Virus record (IMG/VR): IMGVR_UViG_3300036780_000171
Coordinates: 19,462 to 83,461 of that record
Source: a virus
DNA length: 64,000 nucleotides
Direction: 5' to 3' (one strand)
Shown here piece after piece: positions 25,678 through 35,009 of the stretch (its first letter is position 1; every line of letters begins with the position of its first letter). The position numbers and the translations under genes are program-made. The notes beneath the pieces were generated by a model. The model had not been told where the DNA came from, ran no database searches, and saw only the letters and a program-made list of their open reading frames with translations.

Positions 25678-26250
25678 CTACATCTTGAGTGCTAACTTGC
25701 TAGTTCCACTACTTAATGTGACAGTATTGGCTGATGAGTTGGCAGTATAGCCAACCGTGTTCAGCTTACTAAAGCTATTTGCATTACTGGCATTGTAGTA
25801 ACCAATTCTATTATCCCATTTGGCATTTTCAGAAATGGAACCATAAGCTGCCGGCCAGCCCGCTGTTGAGACACCTGACGTGGTTGTAAGCACGGCTGGT
25901 ACAACGGAACCACTCATTACTGTGGGTGCCTCATTTACTTTTTTTTCAGCTTTTTTCTTGACTTCGGAAACTTCCTCGCGAGTATCTTCGCGCAGGTTTT
26001 GCTTCTCGCTTTCGGACAACTGCACATCGTCTAGCGAGTTCACAAAGTCGATAATGCGCTTGGCATCTTCTGCTGACACGCCGACTGCTTCGAGTAACAT
26101 ATTGGTTTGCTCTTTGAGCAGCAATACTTCGTGGGCTTTTTCTTTTAGGGTTGATAGAACGTTAGCGAGTGTCTTCGCCCTGACAGCACGGTCTATGCGC
26201 TTAATATCGTCAAGAATATCAGGTTTCTTGTCTTCTTCATCTTTTGCCAT
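25678..26250 (-). CDS. Hypothetical coiled-coil protein
   Basis: 190-aa ORF with GGAG RBS. Confidence 0.7.
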   Translation of the reverse strand: MAKDEEDKKPDILDDIKRIDRAVRAKTLANVLSTLKEKAHEVLLLKEQTNMLLEAVGVSAEDAKRIIDFVNSLDDVQLSESEKQNLREDTREEVSEVKKKAEKKVNEAPTVMSGSVVPAVLTTTSGVSTAGWPAAYGSISENAKWDNRIGYYNASNANSFSKLNTVGYTANSSANTVTLSSGTSKLALKM

Positions 26251-26392
26251 TTTCTAACTCCATATATTAAAATAGGCCTGCAAATGTCTTACCCTCTCGG
26301 ATTGATTTTTCGCAAGCGATTTAAAATGACTGGTTGATATTAAGGAACTACTTATATCGTAGCATACACGACTATGATTTACAATAAACTCA

Positions 26393-26580
26393 TTGAACCT
26401 TAGCGGCCAGCATTATATAATTGGGTTAAGTAGGTTACTATCCTAAGCAAATAGAAACCTACTTGAGTTATAAACTCGTAATGGCTGGGCTTCACAGTTT
26501 GGTATTCCTATGCTATAATTTTGGTAGCTTAGGATAGTAACAAATCTAATAGAAGCCCGCCGGAAAGGAGGGCTTTTTAC
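26393..26580 (+). promoter_or_regulatory. Tandem promoters, antisense-type sRNA and terminator-like leader upstream of the replication initiator
   Basis: TTGAAC-17-TATAAT (26393-421); TTCACA-17-TATAAT (26491-519); 15-nt complementarity 26434-48/26527-41; AAGCCC/GGGCTTTTT hairpin. Confidence 0.65.
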
Positions 26581-27360
26581 ATGGCAAATTCCCGTATCGT
26601 AAGTACCAACTTTTGGCGCGATACATATATAACAAATCTCGACCCGACAGAAAAACTGCTATTTTTATATTTTTTGACAAACCCGCAAACAAATCTAGCT
26701 GGCATTTATGAAATCGACTTGCGCCTCGTGGCATTTGATACCGGCATAGATGAGAGCATGGTCAAAAAAATACTAGAGCGTTTTTGCGATGACAGAAAGA
26801 TATATTATGAAAATGGTTGGCTAATTCTTTGCAATTTTATTAAATATCAAAAACTTAACGCGAATATGAAAAAGGGCGTTAGAAATATTATTGACTCGCT
26901 ACCTGATTGGCTGCAAAAGAAAATTACACTCACTAATAACAGGGGTATTATGCAACTAAAATTAAAACCCTTACCGAATGGTTCCAAACCCTTACCGAAT
27001 GGTTCCGATAATATAATTAAATTAAATATAAATAAAATTAAATCTAATAAAAATAGAAAGTCGGTGGAAAAACCACCGGATATTATTGGTTCACTATTCT
27101 ACCAAGCTATAAAAGCTTTGGGACTACCGGTTACAAACCACAATACTATTAAAGCGAAAATTGAGGCATTAAAGCGTGAAATACCCGAAATCAAAGCAAT
27201 CAGCTACCTTGAATTCATTCGTGATAAGTACTTATCACTTGAGATTGATTTTAAACCGCAAATTAATACTGCCCTCGATATTTATACGAAACGTGTACAA
27301 ATTGAGAATGCAATTCGACAAGCCAGTAAAGAACAAAGTAATCAAGGGGTACGTTTATGA
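26581..27360 (+). CDS. Phage replication initiator (replisome organizer-like, N-terminal wHTH)
   Basis: SRIVSTNFWRD..EKLLFLYFLTN..NLAGIYEI..AFDTG; internal tandem repeats and AT-rich tract. Confidence 0.8.
   Translation: MANSRIVSTNFWRDTYITNLDPTEKLLFLYFLTNPQTNLAGIYEIDLRLVAFDTGIDESMVKKILERFCDDRKIYYENGWLILCNFIKYQKLNANMKKGVRNIIDSLPDWLQKKITLTNNRGIMQLKLKPLPNGSKPLPNGSDNIIKLNINKIKSNKNRKSVEKPPDIIGSLFYQAIKALGLPVTNHNTIKAKIEALKREIPEIKAISYLEFIRDKYLSLEIDFKPQINTALDIYTKRVQIENAIRQASKEQSNQGVRL
26965..27006 (+). repeat. Two perfect 21-bp direct repeats (iteron-like; putative origin)
   Basis: AAACCCTTACCGAATGGTTCC x2, followed by AT-rich 27009-27058. Confidence 0.75.
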
Positions 27361-27764
27361 GTTATCGCGTAACATTTAGAGACAGAACTACAGCCTTGCT
27401 CGAAAATAGCAAAGGCGAACAGCTAAAGAAATACCTACTTTCCAATAGACCGCCAGTAAACATTGAGATTAATGGCGAGCTATACAGAGCCAGTGAAATT
27501 ATTAGCGTTAAGAAAGCGGTAGCCACTGAAGATAATATTCCAGTAGCCGATTGGAATACTTTACGACTACCGACTGGCAAAAAATGTCACGGCCAATATT
27601 CTGTCCAGAATGAAATAAACAAAATTGCAAAAAATACATATGGTAAGGTCCATTGGTCTAAACTTATTCATGATAAAAAGTGGCGCGAAAGTATATATCA
27701 GGAGTTACTAAAAACCCCAGATAAATGGTGTGACTATAAAAAAGGTACATGTTATTGTGAATAA
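27357..27764 (+). CDS. Hypothetical protein following the initiator
   Basis: 4-bp overlap. Confidence 0.65.
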   Translation: MSYRVTFRDRTTALLENSKGEQLKKYLLSNRPPVNIEINGELYRASEIISVKKAVATEDNIPVADWNTLRLPTGKKCHGQYSVQNEINKIAKNTYGKVHWSKLIHDKKWRESIYQELLKTPDKWCDYKKGTCYCE

Positions 27765-27897
27765 CAATAGTTGGAAAAACTTTAGCTTACCAGATAGAGA
27801 TAATATCCGTAAGGCATATAAATCTGTGTGGCCTTTAGTTATATCAGGTCAATCGGTTGACCCATATTCAATTTGGCCACATGACTGAACCAGCTAT

Positions 27898-28227
27898 ATG
27901 TCACCTATCGAAAAAAATGTTTGGGAAGATATCCGTTATTACGGGCTTCCATTTTATCCACAGATACCATGTGGCAGGTATTTTATAGATTTTGCCGACC
28001 CTTATAGACAAATCGCTATAGAGGTTGACAGCAAAGAATATCATCAGGATAAACAAAAAGACCTGGAAAGAGAAAACTATTTACGTAAAAATGGCTTTAT
28101 AACTATCTTAAGGTTTAGAGGAAAAGATACATTCGCAAACTTAGAAGATTATTCTGGCAATAAAAAAGAAATCGCTGAATATACTATCGCTATGCTATGG
28201 GCTGACCATTACAAGCAATCGCGCTAG
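27898..28227 (+). CDS. DUF559/Vsr-like PD-(D/E)XK endonuclease
   Basis: PQIPCGRYFIDFA..IAIEVDSKEYH..D..RE..L..G..ILRF. Confidence 0.8.
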   Translation: MSPIEKNVWEDIRYYGLPFYPQIPCGRYFIDFADPYRQIAIEVDSKEYHQDKQKDLERENYLRKNGFITILRFRGKDTFANLEDYSGNKKEIAEYTIAMLWADHYKQSR

Positions 28228-28269
28228 TGTGGATAAACACTTGATTTTTGCATTGCGGTTGTGTATATT
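28228..28269 (+). promoter_or_regulatory. Promoter with upstream DnaA box
   Basis: TGTGGATAA-4-TTGATT-17-TATATT. Confidence 0.75.
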
Positions 28270-28276
28270 AATGGTT

Positions 28277-28474
28277 ATGGATTTTGACAAAGATAAGGAA
28301 CTTATCACAATGGGTGTTGACTTAGGGGTTTATACCATTGCCCGATTTTTTAGCGAAGGCGCAAAACCAAATAAAAAAGCATTTGAGATACTGGCAACAC
28401 ATTGCGCTAATAATTTGCAAAAAAACCGGCATGCCTGTCGAAGATTTAGCGCTGCATTGTCAGCCAGTCCTTGA
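28277..28474 (+). CDS. Hypothetical protein (leaderless start MDFDKD)
   Basis: ATG 7 nt after the -10 box. Confidence 0.55.
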   Translation: MDFDKDKELITMGVDLGVYTIARFFSEGAKPNKKAFEILATHCANNLQKNRHACRRFSAALSASP

Positions 28475-28519
28475 CGACATGCTTGCAAAGTTAAAGCCAA
28501 CTAACCAAAAGGAGAATTA

Positions 28520-28735
28520 ATGGCAGGAACAAGAGCCGGTGGCAAAGCTGCGGCAGCTACCAACAAGGCTAAATATGGCGCAGGCTTCTACGCGAAGATT
28601 GGTGCTTTGGGCGGAAAGAAAGGAACAACCGGCGGCTTTTATGCAAACCGTGAGCTGGCAAGGATAGCTGGCGCAAAGGGTGGCACTATTAGCCGACGAA
28701 CAAAAACTTTAAGCACGACAGGTGCAAGGGCATAA
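28520..28735 (+). CDS. KGG-repeat stress-induced protein (YciG/GsiB-like)
   Basis: MAGTRAGG..FYAKIGALGG..NRELARIAGAKGG. Confidence 0.85.
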   Translation: MAGTRAGGKAAAATNKAKYGAGFYAKIGALGGKKGTTGGFYANRELARIAGAKGGTISRRTKTLSTTGARA

Positions 28736-28976
28736 AATGACAACTTTAGTAGCAAAATTAAAAACTACAACAAAACCAATCAACTTTAATCTTAATTTTA
28801 GGCTACCAGCAATCAATAAAAAGTTAGCCACGATTATTTGCACAATATTTCTCGCGGTTATTCTGCAAAATCCGTTGGGAATAATATTAACCGATATGAC
28901 TAATGAAATGATAATGCTGGCCTGGAATTGCTCAACAGTGATAGATAACTTACTGTTTGGCGGAGGTTACCAATGA
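28722..28976 (+). CDS. Membrane hypothetical protein
   Basis: Hydrophobic segment; packed ORF. Confidence 0.55.
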   Translation: MQGHKMTTLVAKLKTTTKPINFNLNFRLPAINKKLATIICTIFLAVILQNPLGIILTDMTNEMIMLAWNCSTVIDNLLFGGGYQ

Positions 28977-29308
28977 AAGATTTACCAATTCAACGCTTGA
29001 GCGAGAAAGAGATAGAATCAGATTTCTTGCTTTTGGAATCAGACCCAAAGTATAGAAAATTAAGGAAGCGTATGGGAAAACCAAATTTGAAATCGTTTAT
29101 TAAACCAAAGTCGAAAAGGGCTGCCAAGAAGCATCGTACCGAAAGCGGCTACTGGCGTATTATCAGACCTGTACTTGGCTATCCGCTAGTCATCTATATC
29201 GTGTTTAGGTTTTTGGTAACAAAATTTTACAAATTTGTCGGTCAGCCAGCTTTGCTCAAACTTGAAGCAGTCGGCAACATACTATACGATACAGCTATCA
29301 CCAAGTGA
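28973..29308 (+). CDS. Membrane hypothetical protein
   Basis: One TM segment; 4-bp overlap. Confidence 0.6.
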   Translation: MKDLPIQRLSEKEIESDFLLLESDPKYRKLRKRMGKPNLKSFIKPKSKRAAKKHRTESGYWRIIRPVLGYPLVIYIVFRFLVTKFYKFVGQPALLKLEAVGNILYDTAITK

Positions 29309-29492
29309 AAGAAATTGCGTATTTTACGTAAATAGCCCAGCATGGTAACCAGAGTAGAACCACCAATCGAAATCCCGCCAAGTAAATTTAGCGTTACTGT
29401 GCTGGGTGGTAAAATGATTTTACACGAGTGGTTATATATCAACCCGAACTTAACAGTTGGCGAAGCACAGAATATTTTTCGCAAGGTTAGTC

Positions 29493-29717
29493 ATGGATAC
29501 GTATAGAGTTCGAATTATTAAACGGAACAATGGCAGTCGTCCATGGCGCTATGAATGGCATATATGGGTAAATGAAACTGCTCATCAAGAAACAAGTTAT
29601 GCAATGACTAAGTTTGGTGCAAAACTGGCCGCCCACCATGCGGCAAAGCAATTTCTAAGTCGTCAGAAACGCAGCACAAACCCTGTCATTGTTGATGACT
29701 ACGAAAGAAAAGTGTAA
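29493..29717 (+). CDS. Hypothetical protein
   Basis: Packed ORF. Confidence 0.55.
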   Translation: MDTYRVRIIKRNNGSRPWRYEWHIWVNETAHQETSYAMTKFGAKLAAHHAAKQFLSRQKRSTNPVIVDDYERKV

Positions 29718-30076
29718 TGATTAATATAGAAAAGTACGTTACCAATAAGCTGTCAGGTTTACAAGTCCGCTCGCTTGGCAATCATGATATCAAGGAAATT
29801 AACGACAAGGATGAAAAGATGCTCAATGCCTATATTAGAGAAATGACCATGGCATTGACTACCAACCAGCAAAAGGTTTCCAAAGTCGCCACCATGCATG
29901 CATTCGAGGGAACCAGCCAATACTTACATGGCTACTATCAAGCTGTGCTGGCTGGCATTGCCGAAGCGCTTGATAAGGAGTTACCCGATGCCGCCATAAT
30001 AGTACGTAACATAGCTGAAAAAGCCAAATTTGAGATGTTTGAAGAATTCGTCAAGAACACGAAAAAAACTAGTTGA
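29717..30076 (+). CDS. Hypothetical protein
   Basis: 1-bp overlap with the upstream gene. Confidence 0.65.
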   Translation: MINIEKYVTNKLSGLQVRSLGNHDIKEINDKDEKMLNAYIREMTMALTTNQQKVSKVATMHAFEGTSQYLHGYYQAVLAGIAEALDKELPDAAIIVRNIAEKAKFEMFEEFVKNTKKTS

Positions 30077-30110
30077 AATATTATCATAGTGGTGTATAAT
30101 ATAGCGATAT

Positions 30111-30434
30111 ATGGGAAAACTATACTGTATCATATGTGACCGCGAAGATACCGACGAGTCGCCAAAGCTGCTAACTTGCCAAGATTGTTACAATGGCTTC
30201 GGACCTAATGGCATTTATTATACCGAGGAAGAAAAACAACTCCATGCCAAACGTTGGCAAGCCGTTATAGAAATTATCCAAGAGCAGTCATACCAAGGAA
30301 CACAAAATGGCATTGAAGACGGCTTACAGACTGCCATTGACGTAGTAAGTTTTCGCGGCATGAAAAAAGGCCTTGAAGATTTAAAGCAACGCTTGGAAAT
30401 GGTCAAGGTGGAAAAAGATGCTGATAGCGCTTAG
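30111..30434 (+). CDS. Hypothetical protein with N-terminal zinc finger
   Basis: CIIC..CQDC; promoter upstream. Confidence 0.65.
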   Translation: MGKLYCIICDREDTDESPKLLTCQDCYNGFGPNGIYYTEEEKQLHAKRWQAVIEIIQEQSYQGTQNGIEDGLQTAIDVVSFRGMKKGLEDLKQRLEMVKVEKDADSA

Positions 30435-30556
30435 TATTTTGGTTTTAATAATTTTAATAGCTGCCACCAATAGCAGGTTAAATAATCTTGAGGAAAGTCT
30501 GCGTTACCACACCAGCTGTCAAGGCGATAGCTGTATATGTAAGCAGAAAGAAGGTT

Positions 30557-30829
30557 ATGAATAAACTCGTAAAACCAGTCATTCGCCAGAAGCGCGTTGA
30601 CTTCGCCGTAAAAGCCTTTAAAAAGCTGGTGCAATATCGTACAATACTAAGGAACCATAGCAAGATAGCTAATAGTCCTTTACCAAAACACAAGGATAAA
30701 AAGCACCAACAGCTAGTAGCCGATTGGCTGGTGAACGTACAGAACGCGCAAAATGAGCTTGCCAAAGTCGAAAAGAGACTGAATGCCAATGAGTTCAAAG
30801 AATACGAAAAGCTATGCAGGGGAATATGA
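30557..30829 (+). CDS. Hypothetical basic protein
   Basis: ORF from MNKLVKP. Confidence 0.55.
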   Translation: MNKLVKPVIRQKRVDFAVKAFKKLVQYRTILRNHSKIANSPLPKHKDKKHQQLVADWLVNVQNAQNELAKVEKRLNANEFKEYEKLCRGI

Positions 30830-31540
30830 ATGAGTTCAGAAGAAAGACAGAGACATAATGCTCGCAGTAGAGTATGGAAGAAAGCTAACCCTGAAAAGGT
30901 TAGGGCTTCTAGTAAGAGATACCGGGAAGCAAATCGTGAGAAAGTTAATGCATGGCATAGACTTTATCTAGAAAAGAATAGAGAAAAAATTAATGCTCGT
31001 CGAAGAATTTGGCATAAGGCTAATCCAGAGAAAGTAAAAGCCTATAAAAAAGCTACTTACGAAAAACATGGAGAGGCATATAGAGCTTATGGTAGAGAAT
31101 ACCATAAAACTAACCGTGAACGTTTGCGTATCTATGAAAATCAATACAGGGCTGCTAATTTAGAAAAAGTTCGACTTGAAGAAAGAACAGCTCAAAAAAA
31201 CAGAAAAGCTAATGATATACAGTTTAAACTAAGTGCAGTGCTTAGAACCCGTCTAGCAGTGGCAGTTAGACAGAACAGAAAAGTTGGTTCAGCTATTAGT
31301 GACTTGGGGTGTAGTATCTTTGAACTAAAAATTTATTTAGAAAAACAGTTCAAAGATGGCATGACTTGGGATAACTATGGCTTATGGCATATTGACCACA
31401 GAAAGCCTTTGGCAAAATTTGACCTTACAAATAGGCAGCAACTATTAGAAGCTGTGCATTATACTAATTTACAGCCACTATGGGCATATGATAACCAGCA
31501 TAAAGGGGCTAAGGTCTATGAGCAATACACCATTCGGTAG
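30830..31540 (+). CDS. HNH-type homing endonuclease with repeated basic helices
   Basis: (K)ANPEKV repeats; LGCS..LEKQF..GMTWDNYG.WHIDH.KPL..HYTNLQPLWA..N. Confidence 0.85.
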   Translation: MSSEERQRHNARSRVWKKANPEKVRASSKRYREANREKVNAWHRLYLEKNREKINARRRIWHKANPEKVKAYKKATYEKHGEAYRAYGREYHKTNRERLRIYENQYRAANLEKVRLEERTAQKNRKANDIQFKLSAVLRTRLAVAVRQNRKVGSAISDLGCSIFELKIYLEKQFKDGMTWDNYGLWHIDHRKPLAKFDLTNRQQLLEAVHYTNLQPLWAYDNQHKGAKVYEQYTIR

Positions 31541-31793
31541 GATCCAGGGTGTGCAGACTATGCGACGTAAATATGGGTCAGATATTTATACTAAGATTGG
31601 CGCAAGAGGCGGCAGAAATAGTTCAAGCCGACCCATGAAAGATGCTACTTATGCTAGTCTGGTTGCCAAAATTGGCTGGGTAAAGCGTAAATATAAAGCC
31701 GGTGATTTGACTGATAAACAATACGAGGAACAGCTTGGCTTGGCACAGCGAAAACTTGCCCGTTATCTCAAGAAAAACATAAAAAATGCATAA
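31518..31793 (+). CDS. KGG-like small basic protein
   Basis: KYGSDIYTKIGARGG resembles the 28520 protein. Confidence 0.6.
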   Translation: MSNTPFGRIQGVQTMRRKYGSDIYTKIGARGGRNSSSRPMKDATYASLVAKIGWVKRKYKAGDLTDKQYEEQLGLAQRKLARYLKKNIKNA

Positions 31794-31796
31794 AAC

Positions 31797-31838
31797 TGTG
31801 GATAATCTCTTGAATTAGTTATCAAGGTGGTGTATTAT
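31797..31838 (+). promoter_or_regulatory. Promoter with upstream DnaA box
   Basis: TGTGGATAA-4-TTGAAT-17-TATTAT. Confidence 0.75.
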
Positions 31839-31881
31839 TAAAGTACATTAATAAATTATTTCATAGAAAGGCGAAAAAACT

Positions 31882-32091
31882 ATGGAAAAATATAAGATAC
31901 ATGGGGAAACAATATTTATTAAAAGCAATGGTATCATTGGACATTATATGGTAAACGGTAATGAAGTCGACAAGGTGATGACCCACAGTAATGGTGATGA
32001 TTACTTGAGCAAATTTCATACGTTAGGTGAACTTCCACTAAATACAGAAGCCAAACTTCTAAATAAACTTCGAAAAGAAGGTAAGATTTAA
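31882..32091 (+). CDS. Hypothetical protein
   Basis: GAAAGG RBS; downstream of promoter. Confidence 0.65.
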   Translation: MEKYKIHGETIFIKSNGIIGHYMVNGNEVDKVMTHSNGDDYLSKFHTLGELPLNTEAKLLNKLRKEGKI

Positions 32092-32130
32092 TTCTTGATT
32101 TTAATATCACGCTGGTGTATAATAAAATAT

Positions 32131-32826
32131 ATGAGTACAGCAACCCAAGACGCATTACTAAAACAACTAAAAAACCCTTTTGACCCAAAATTCGTTAAAT
32201 GGCGTATAGGGTCAACCACCCAAGATAAAACTAAGGGTCAGGCCGTAGCATATATTGATGCCCGTGAAGTCAGAAAGCGGTTTGACGAAGTATGTCGTAT
32301 TGGCGGTTGGCAAGATAGACTTATTCCTTGCACCGATGGCTTTATATGTGAAATATCAGTACTGATTGATGATAAGTGGACTACTAAGACAAATGCTGCG
32401 GGCTACACAAAGGTCGAAGCTGTAAAGGGTGGTGCTTCCGACGCTTTCAAGCGAGCGGCTACAATGTTTGGCGTGGGCGTTTATCTCTATTATCTACCGA
32501 AAATTTGGTTGCCCATTAAGCAAGCCGGTAAATCGTATGTGCTTGCGGAAATACCAGAACTACCCGATTGGGCGCTACCTGGCAAAGTCGAAAATTGGGA
32601 AGATATTGCCGAAATGGAAACCGATTTGAGTTCCGGCGAAGATGATATTGACGTTGATACTATCGTGTCAGTAGTCGACACGCTGCGGGCAGCGCAAACC
32701 AAAACAGAACTGGCAGAGCTTATCAAAAACCTATCGCCAGATGATAGGCTTATTTATGCTAACCAAATAGAAGTTAAGCGCAAGGAGTTAGAACACAATG
32801 CAAAGATTAACTCCGATAACAATTAA
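32131..32826 (+). CDS. Rad52/Sak family ssDNA annealing protein
   Basis: LKNPF..VKWR..AYIDAREVRKRFDEV..W..KGGASDAFKRAATMFGVGVYLY. Confidence 0.9.
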   Translation: MSTATQDALLKQLKNPFDPKFVKWRIGSTTQDKTKGQAVAYIDAREVRKRFDEVCRIGGWQDRLIPCTDGFICEISVLIDDKWTTKTNAAGYTKVEAVKGGASDAFKRAATMFGVGVYLYYLPKIWLPIKQAGKSYVLAEIPELPDWALPGKVENWEDIAEMETDLSSGEDDIDVDTIVSVVDTLRAAQTKTELAELIKNLSPDDRLIYANQIEVKRKELEHNAKINSDNN

Positions 32827-33637
32827 TGCTCCCCAACGTAGTCCTGAATGGTATGCGGCTCGTCTAGGTTGTGTCACTGCTTCCGAAGTTTTCAAAGTAA
32901 TGGCTTACTATTCCGTTACCGATGCCATGATAAAACAAGCCACTGAAATTTATGTAGAGCATGGCATTGACGAAGAGTATATCTTAGAAGTTAGCGAGAA
33001 GTGGCCATGGAAATTTGTGACAGATGTTGGCATTGAGTTGCAGGAAACGAGCGCCCGGCTGACCTACCGACAAGACCTAGTAGCCGAACGCATTACCAAA
33101 ATGCGGGGTGATGACGATAGATATATTACGCAAGATATGAAACGGGGCATCATTAATGAAATTGCTGCCAAGTCAATTTATGCCGACCAAACCGGCAACA
33201 TTATAAAAGACGCACTATTTATGACGCATCCGCATCTCATGCTTGGCGCTTCGCCTGATGGCCTGGTAATTGATACAGTTACGGGCGAACTTGGCAATGC
33301 CGAAATAAAGTGTTTAAAGTCACGAAACCACTTGTATAAAGTCATTGATATGGACGAGGTGCCAGCAGATTATATTGACCAAATCCAGTTACAAATGTTT
33401 ATTGATGGCCGCGATTGGTGCGACTTTATCGCCTACGATAAGCGAGTCCTAGAAGATTTGCAGCTATTTATTAAACGAGTATCTTATGACAAGTTCTATG
33501 TTGAGCATGTAATGCTACCCGCAATTCTAAAATTCCTTGATGAGTGCGACCGTGATGAACGCCGTTTCTATGCTATTGCGAAAGCAAAGCGAGAAAAACT
33601 ACAAGCTGAAATTGCAGCTAGATTGGTAACGGCATGA
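32798..33637 (+). CDS. YqaJ/lambda exonuclease family protein
   Basis: QRSPEWYAARLGCVTASE, GASPDGL, EIKC, QIQLQM, WCDF. Confidence 0.92.
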   Translation: MQRLTPITINAPQRSPEWYAARLGCVTASEVFKVMAYYSVTDAMIKQATEIYVEHGIDEEYILEVSEKWPWKFVTDVGIELQETSARLTYRQDLVAERITKMRGDDDRYITQDMKRGIINEIAAKSIYADQTGNIIKDALFMTHPHLMLGASPDGLVIDTVTGELGNAEIKCLKSRNHLYKVIDMDEVPADYIDQIQLQMFIDGRDWCDFIAYDKRVLEDLQLFIKRVSYDKFYVEHVMLPAILKFLDECDRDERRFYAIAKAKREKLQAEIAARLVTA

Positions 33638-34002
33638 GTGACAAAGAGCTATTTGAAAAGATTGGTGCGCTTGATAAGTTTATAGCTTACTGTGAGAATA
33701 CTAGCCCTGACGATTGGGCAACTGACGTAGTCCGAACCGTTGACGGTCGTAATTGCTTGCTCGGCCATTTTATAAATTATATCTATGGCGAAGACTATGA
33801 AGGCAATATTATGCCAGCCTGGGATATATTTGAGGAAATGTGGGCTACACAGTTTATGTTTTATCCTGTCAATGACGGTCAGAGTAACAAGTATCAGCAA
33901 CCAACTGCCAAAGAACGAGTTATCGCATATCTAAAAGACCTATGGCTTGCCATCGAGAAACCGACGTGGGCATTAATGGACGAATATCATGGCACGAACT
34001 AA
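33634..34002 (+). CDS. Hypothetical protein
   Basis: 4-bp overlap. Confidence 0.7.
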   Translation: MSDKELFEKIGALDKFIAYCENTSPDDWATDVVRTVDGRNCLLGHFINYIYGEDYEGNIMPAWDIFEEMWATQFMFYPVNDGQSNKYQQPTAKERVIAYLKDLWLAIEKPTWALMDEYHGTN

Positions 34003-34489
34003 ATACTTAAAAAATACTAGGTTACAGCAAACGCTCGACAACTATGCCAAAGACTTAAACGAGCTGGTAACAATTAAACCTATTAGCTTTGATATCCCAA
34101 CAGTAGCAACAATGGTTAGACAAACCCCACAACGTAAATGGAATGCAGCTCAGGCGATAGTAAATGCAACCATTGAGAAAAAGCAGTGCGAAAGCCACGT
34201 AAAAAGACTTAGAGCCATGAAAATGCTTGAAGCTTCACATCATACTAAAAAAGGTAGATTAAGTAATGCTGATGACCGTAAGGCATTTGTAGACGCTGAC
34301 GAGAAGGTAATAGCGGCAGAGATTGACTTAATAAATGCTGATGCAACATTAACTGCTGCTCGAATGGGGTATGACTGCTTGACAGATTTATATGAAGCTG
34401 GTAAAAAAATAATGAATTGGCTCATTGAAGAAGATAAGGCTACCCGTGATTATAACCGCTTTGTCGACGAAGGAAAAAGACATGCCTAA
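33989..34489 (+). CDS. Helical protein, possibly UvsY-like recombination mediator
   Basis: All-helical; RKAFVDADEKV segment; lies in the recombination module. Confidence 0.4.
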   Translation: MARTKYLKNTRLQQTLDNYAKDLNELVTIKPISFDIPTVATMVRQTPQRKWNAAQAIVNATIEKKQCESHVKRLRAMKMLEASHHTKKGRLSNADDRKAFVDADEKVIAAEIDLINADATLTAARMGYDCLTDLYEAGKKIMNWLIEEDKATRDYNRFVDEGKRHA

Positions 34490-34949
34490 AGGTATTTATA
34501 CTAGAACAAAGCAAGCTCGTATGAATATGAGCCAAGTACAACGTGGTCGCATACCTTGGAACAAAGGAAAGAAAATTACCAAAACACTTGGTAAAAATAA
34601 TGGTAACTGGAAAGGAGATAGCGTTGGATATCAAGGTGTACATGGTTGGATTCGGCGTACGCTTGGTACACCAGAACTGTGCGAAAATTGTGGCACTAAC
34701 CGAAAAACAAGATACGAATGGGCTAACCTAAGTGGTGACTATAAGCGCGATATATCTGACTGGGCAAGACTATGTGTAGTTTGTCATAGATTAATAGATG
34801 GTAATTATACTTGGAATAATAGAAAGTTGTTTGATAGAAACTGTCTAAATTGTACTACAGCTTTTCGACCATCTAGTGCTATCCGTAAATTTTGCTCGCA
34901 ATCTTGTGCTGGTAAATATAGTTGGGCTATTAGAAAGGGCACAACTTGA
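34482..34949 (+). CDS. NUMOD3/HNH-like homing endonuclease
   Basis: PWNKGK..NWKGDSVGY..H.W..CENCG..WAN..LCVVCH. Confidence 0.8.
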   Translation: MPKGIYTRTKQARMNMSQVQRGRIPWNKGKKITKTLGKNNGNWKGDSVGYQGVHGWIRRTLGTPELCENCGTNRKTRYEWANLSGDYKRDISDWARLCVVCHRLIDGNYTWNNRKLFDRNCLNCTTAFRPSSAIRKFCSQSCAGKYSWAIRKGTT

Positions 34950-35009
34950 TTTTATTATCACGGTTGTGTATAATAAGAGCATGAAAAGTAAAACTATGGA
35001 AAAAGTCTT

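Noticed and set aside
26250-26581. cI/cro lysogeny switch at the divergence point
   Set aside because: Neither flanking gene looks like an HTH repressor and no integrase is present in the window; lifestyle remains unresolved.
26965-27006. CRISPR mini-array
   Set aside because: The repeats are adjacent with no spacer and lie in frame within the initiator gene; no cas genes seen.
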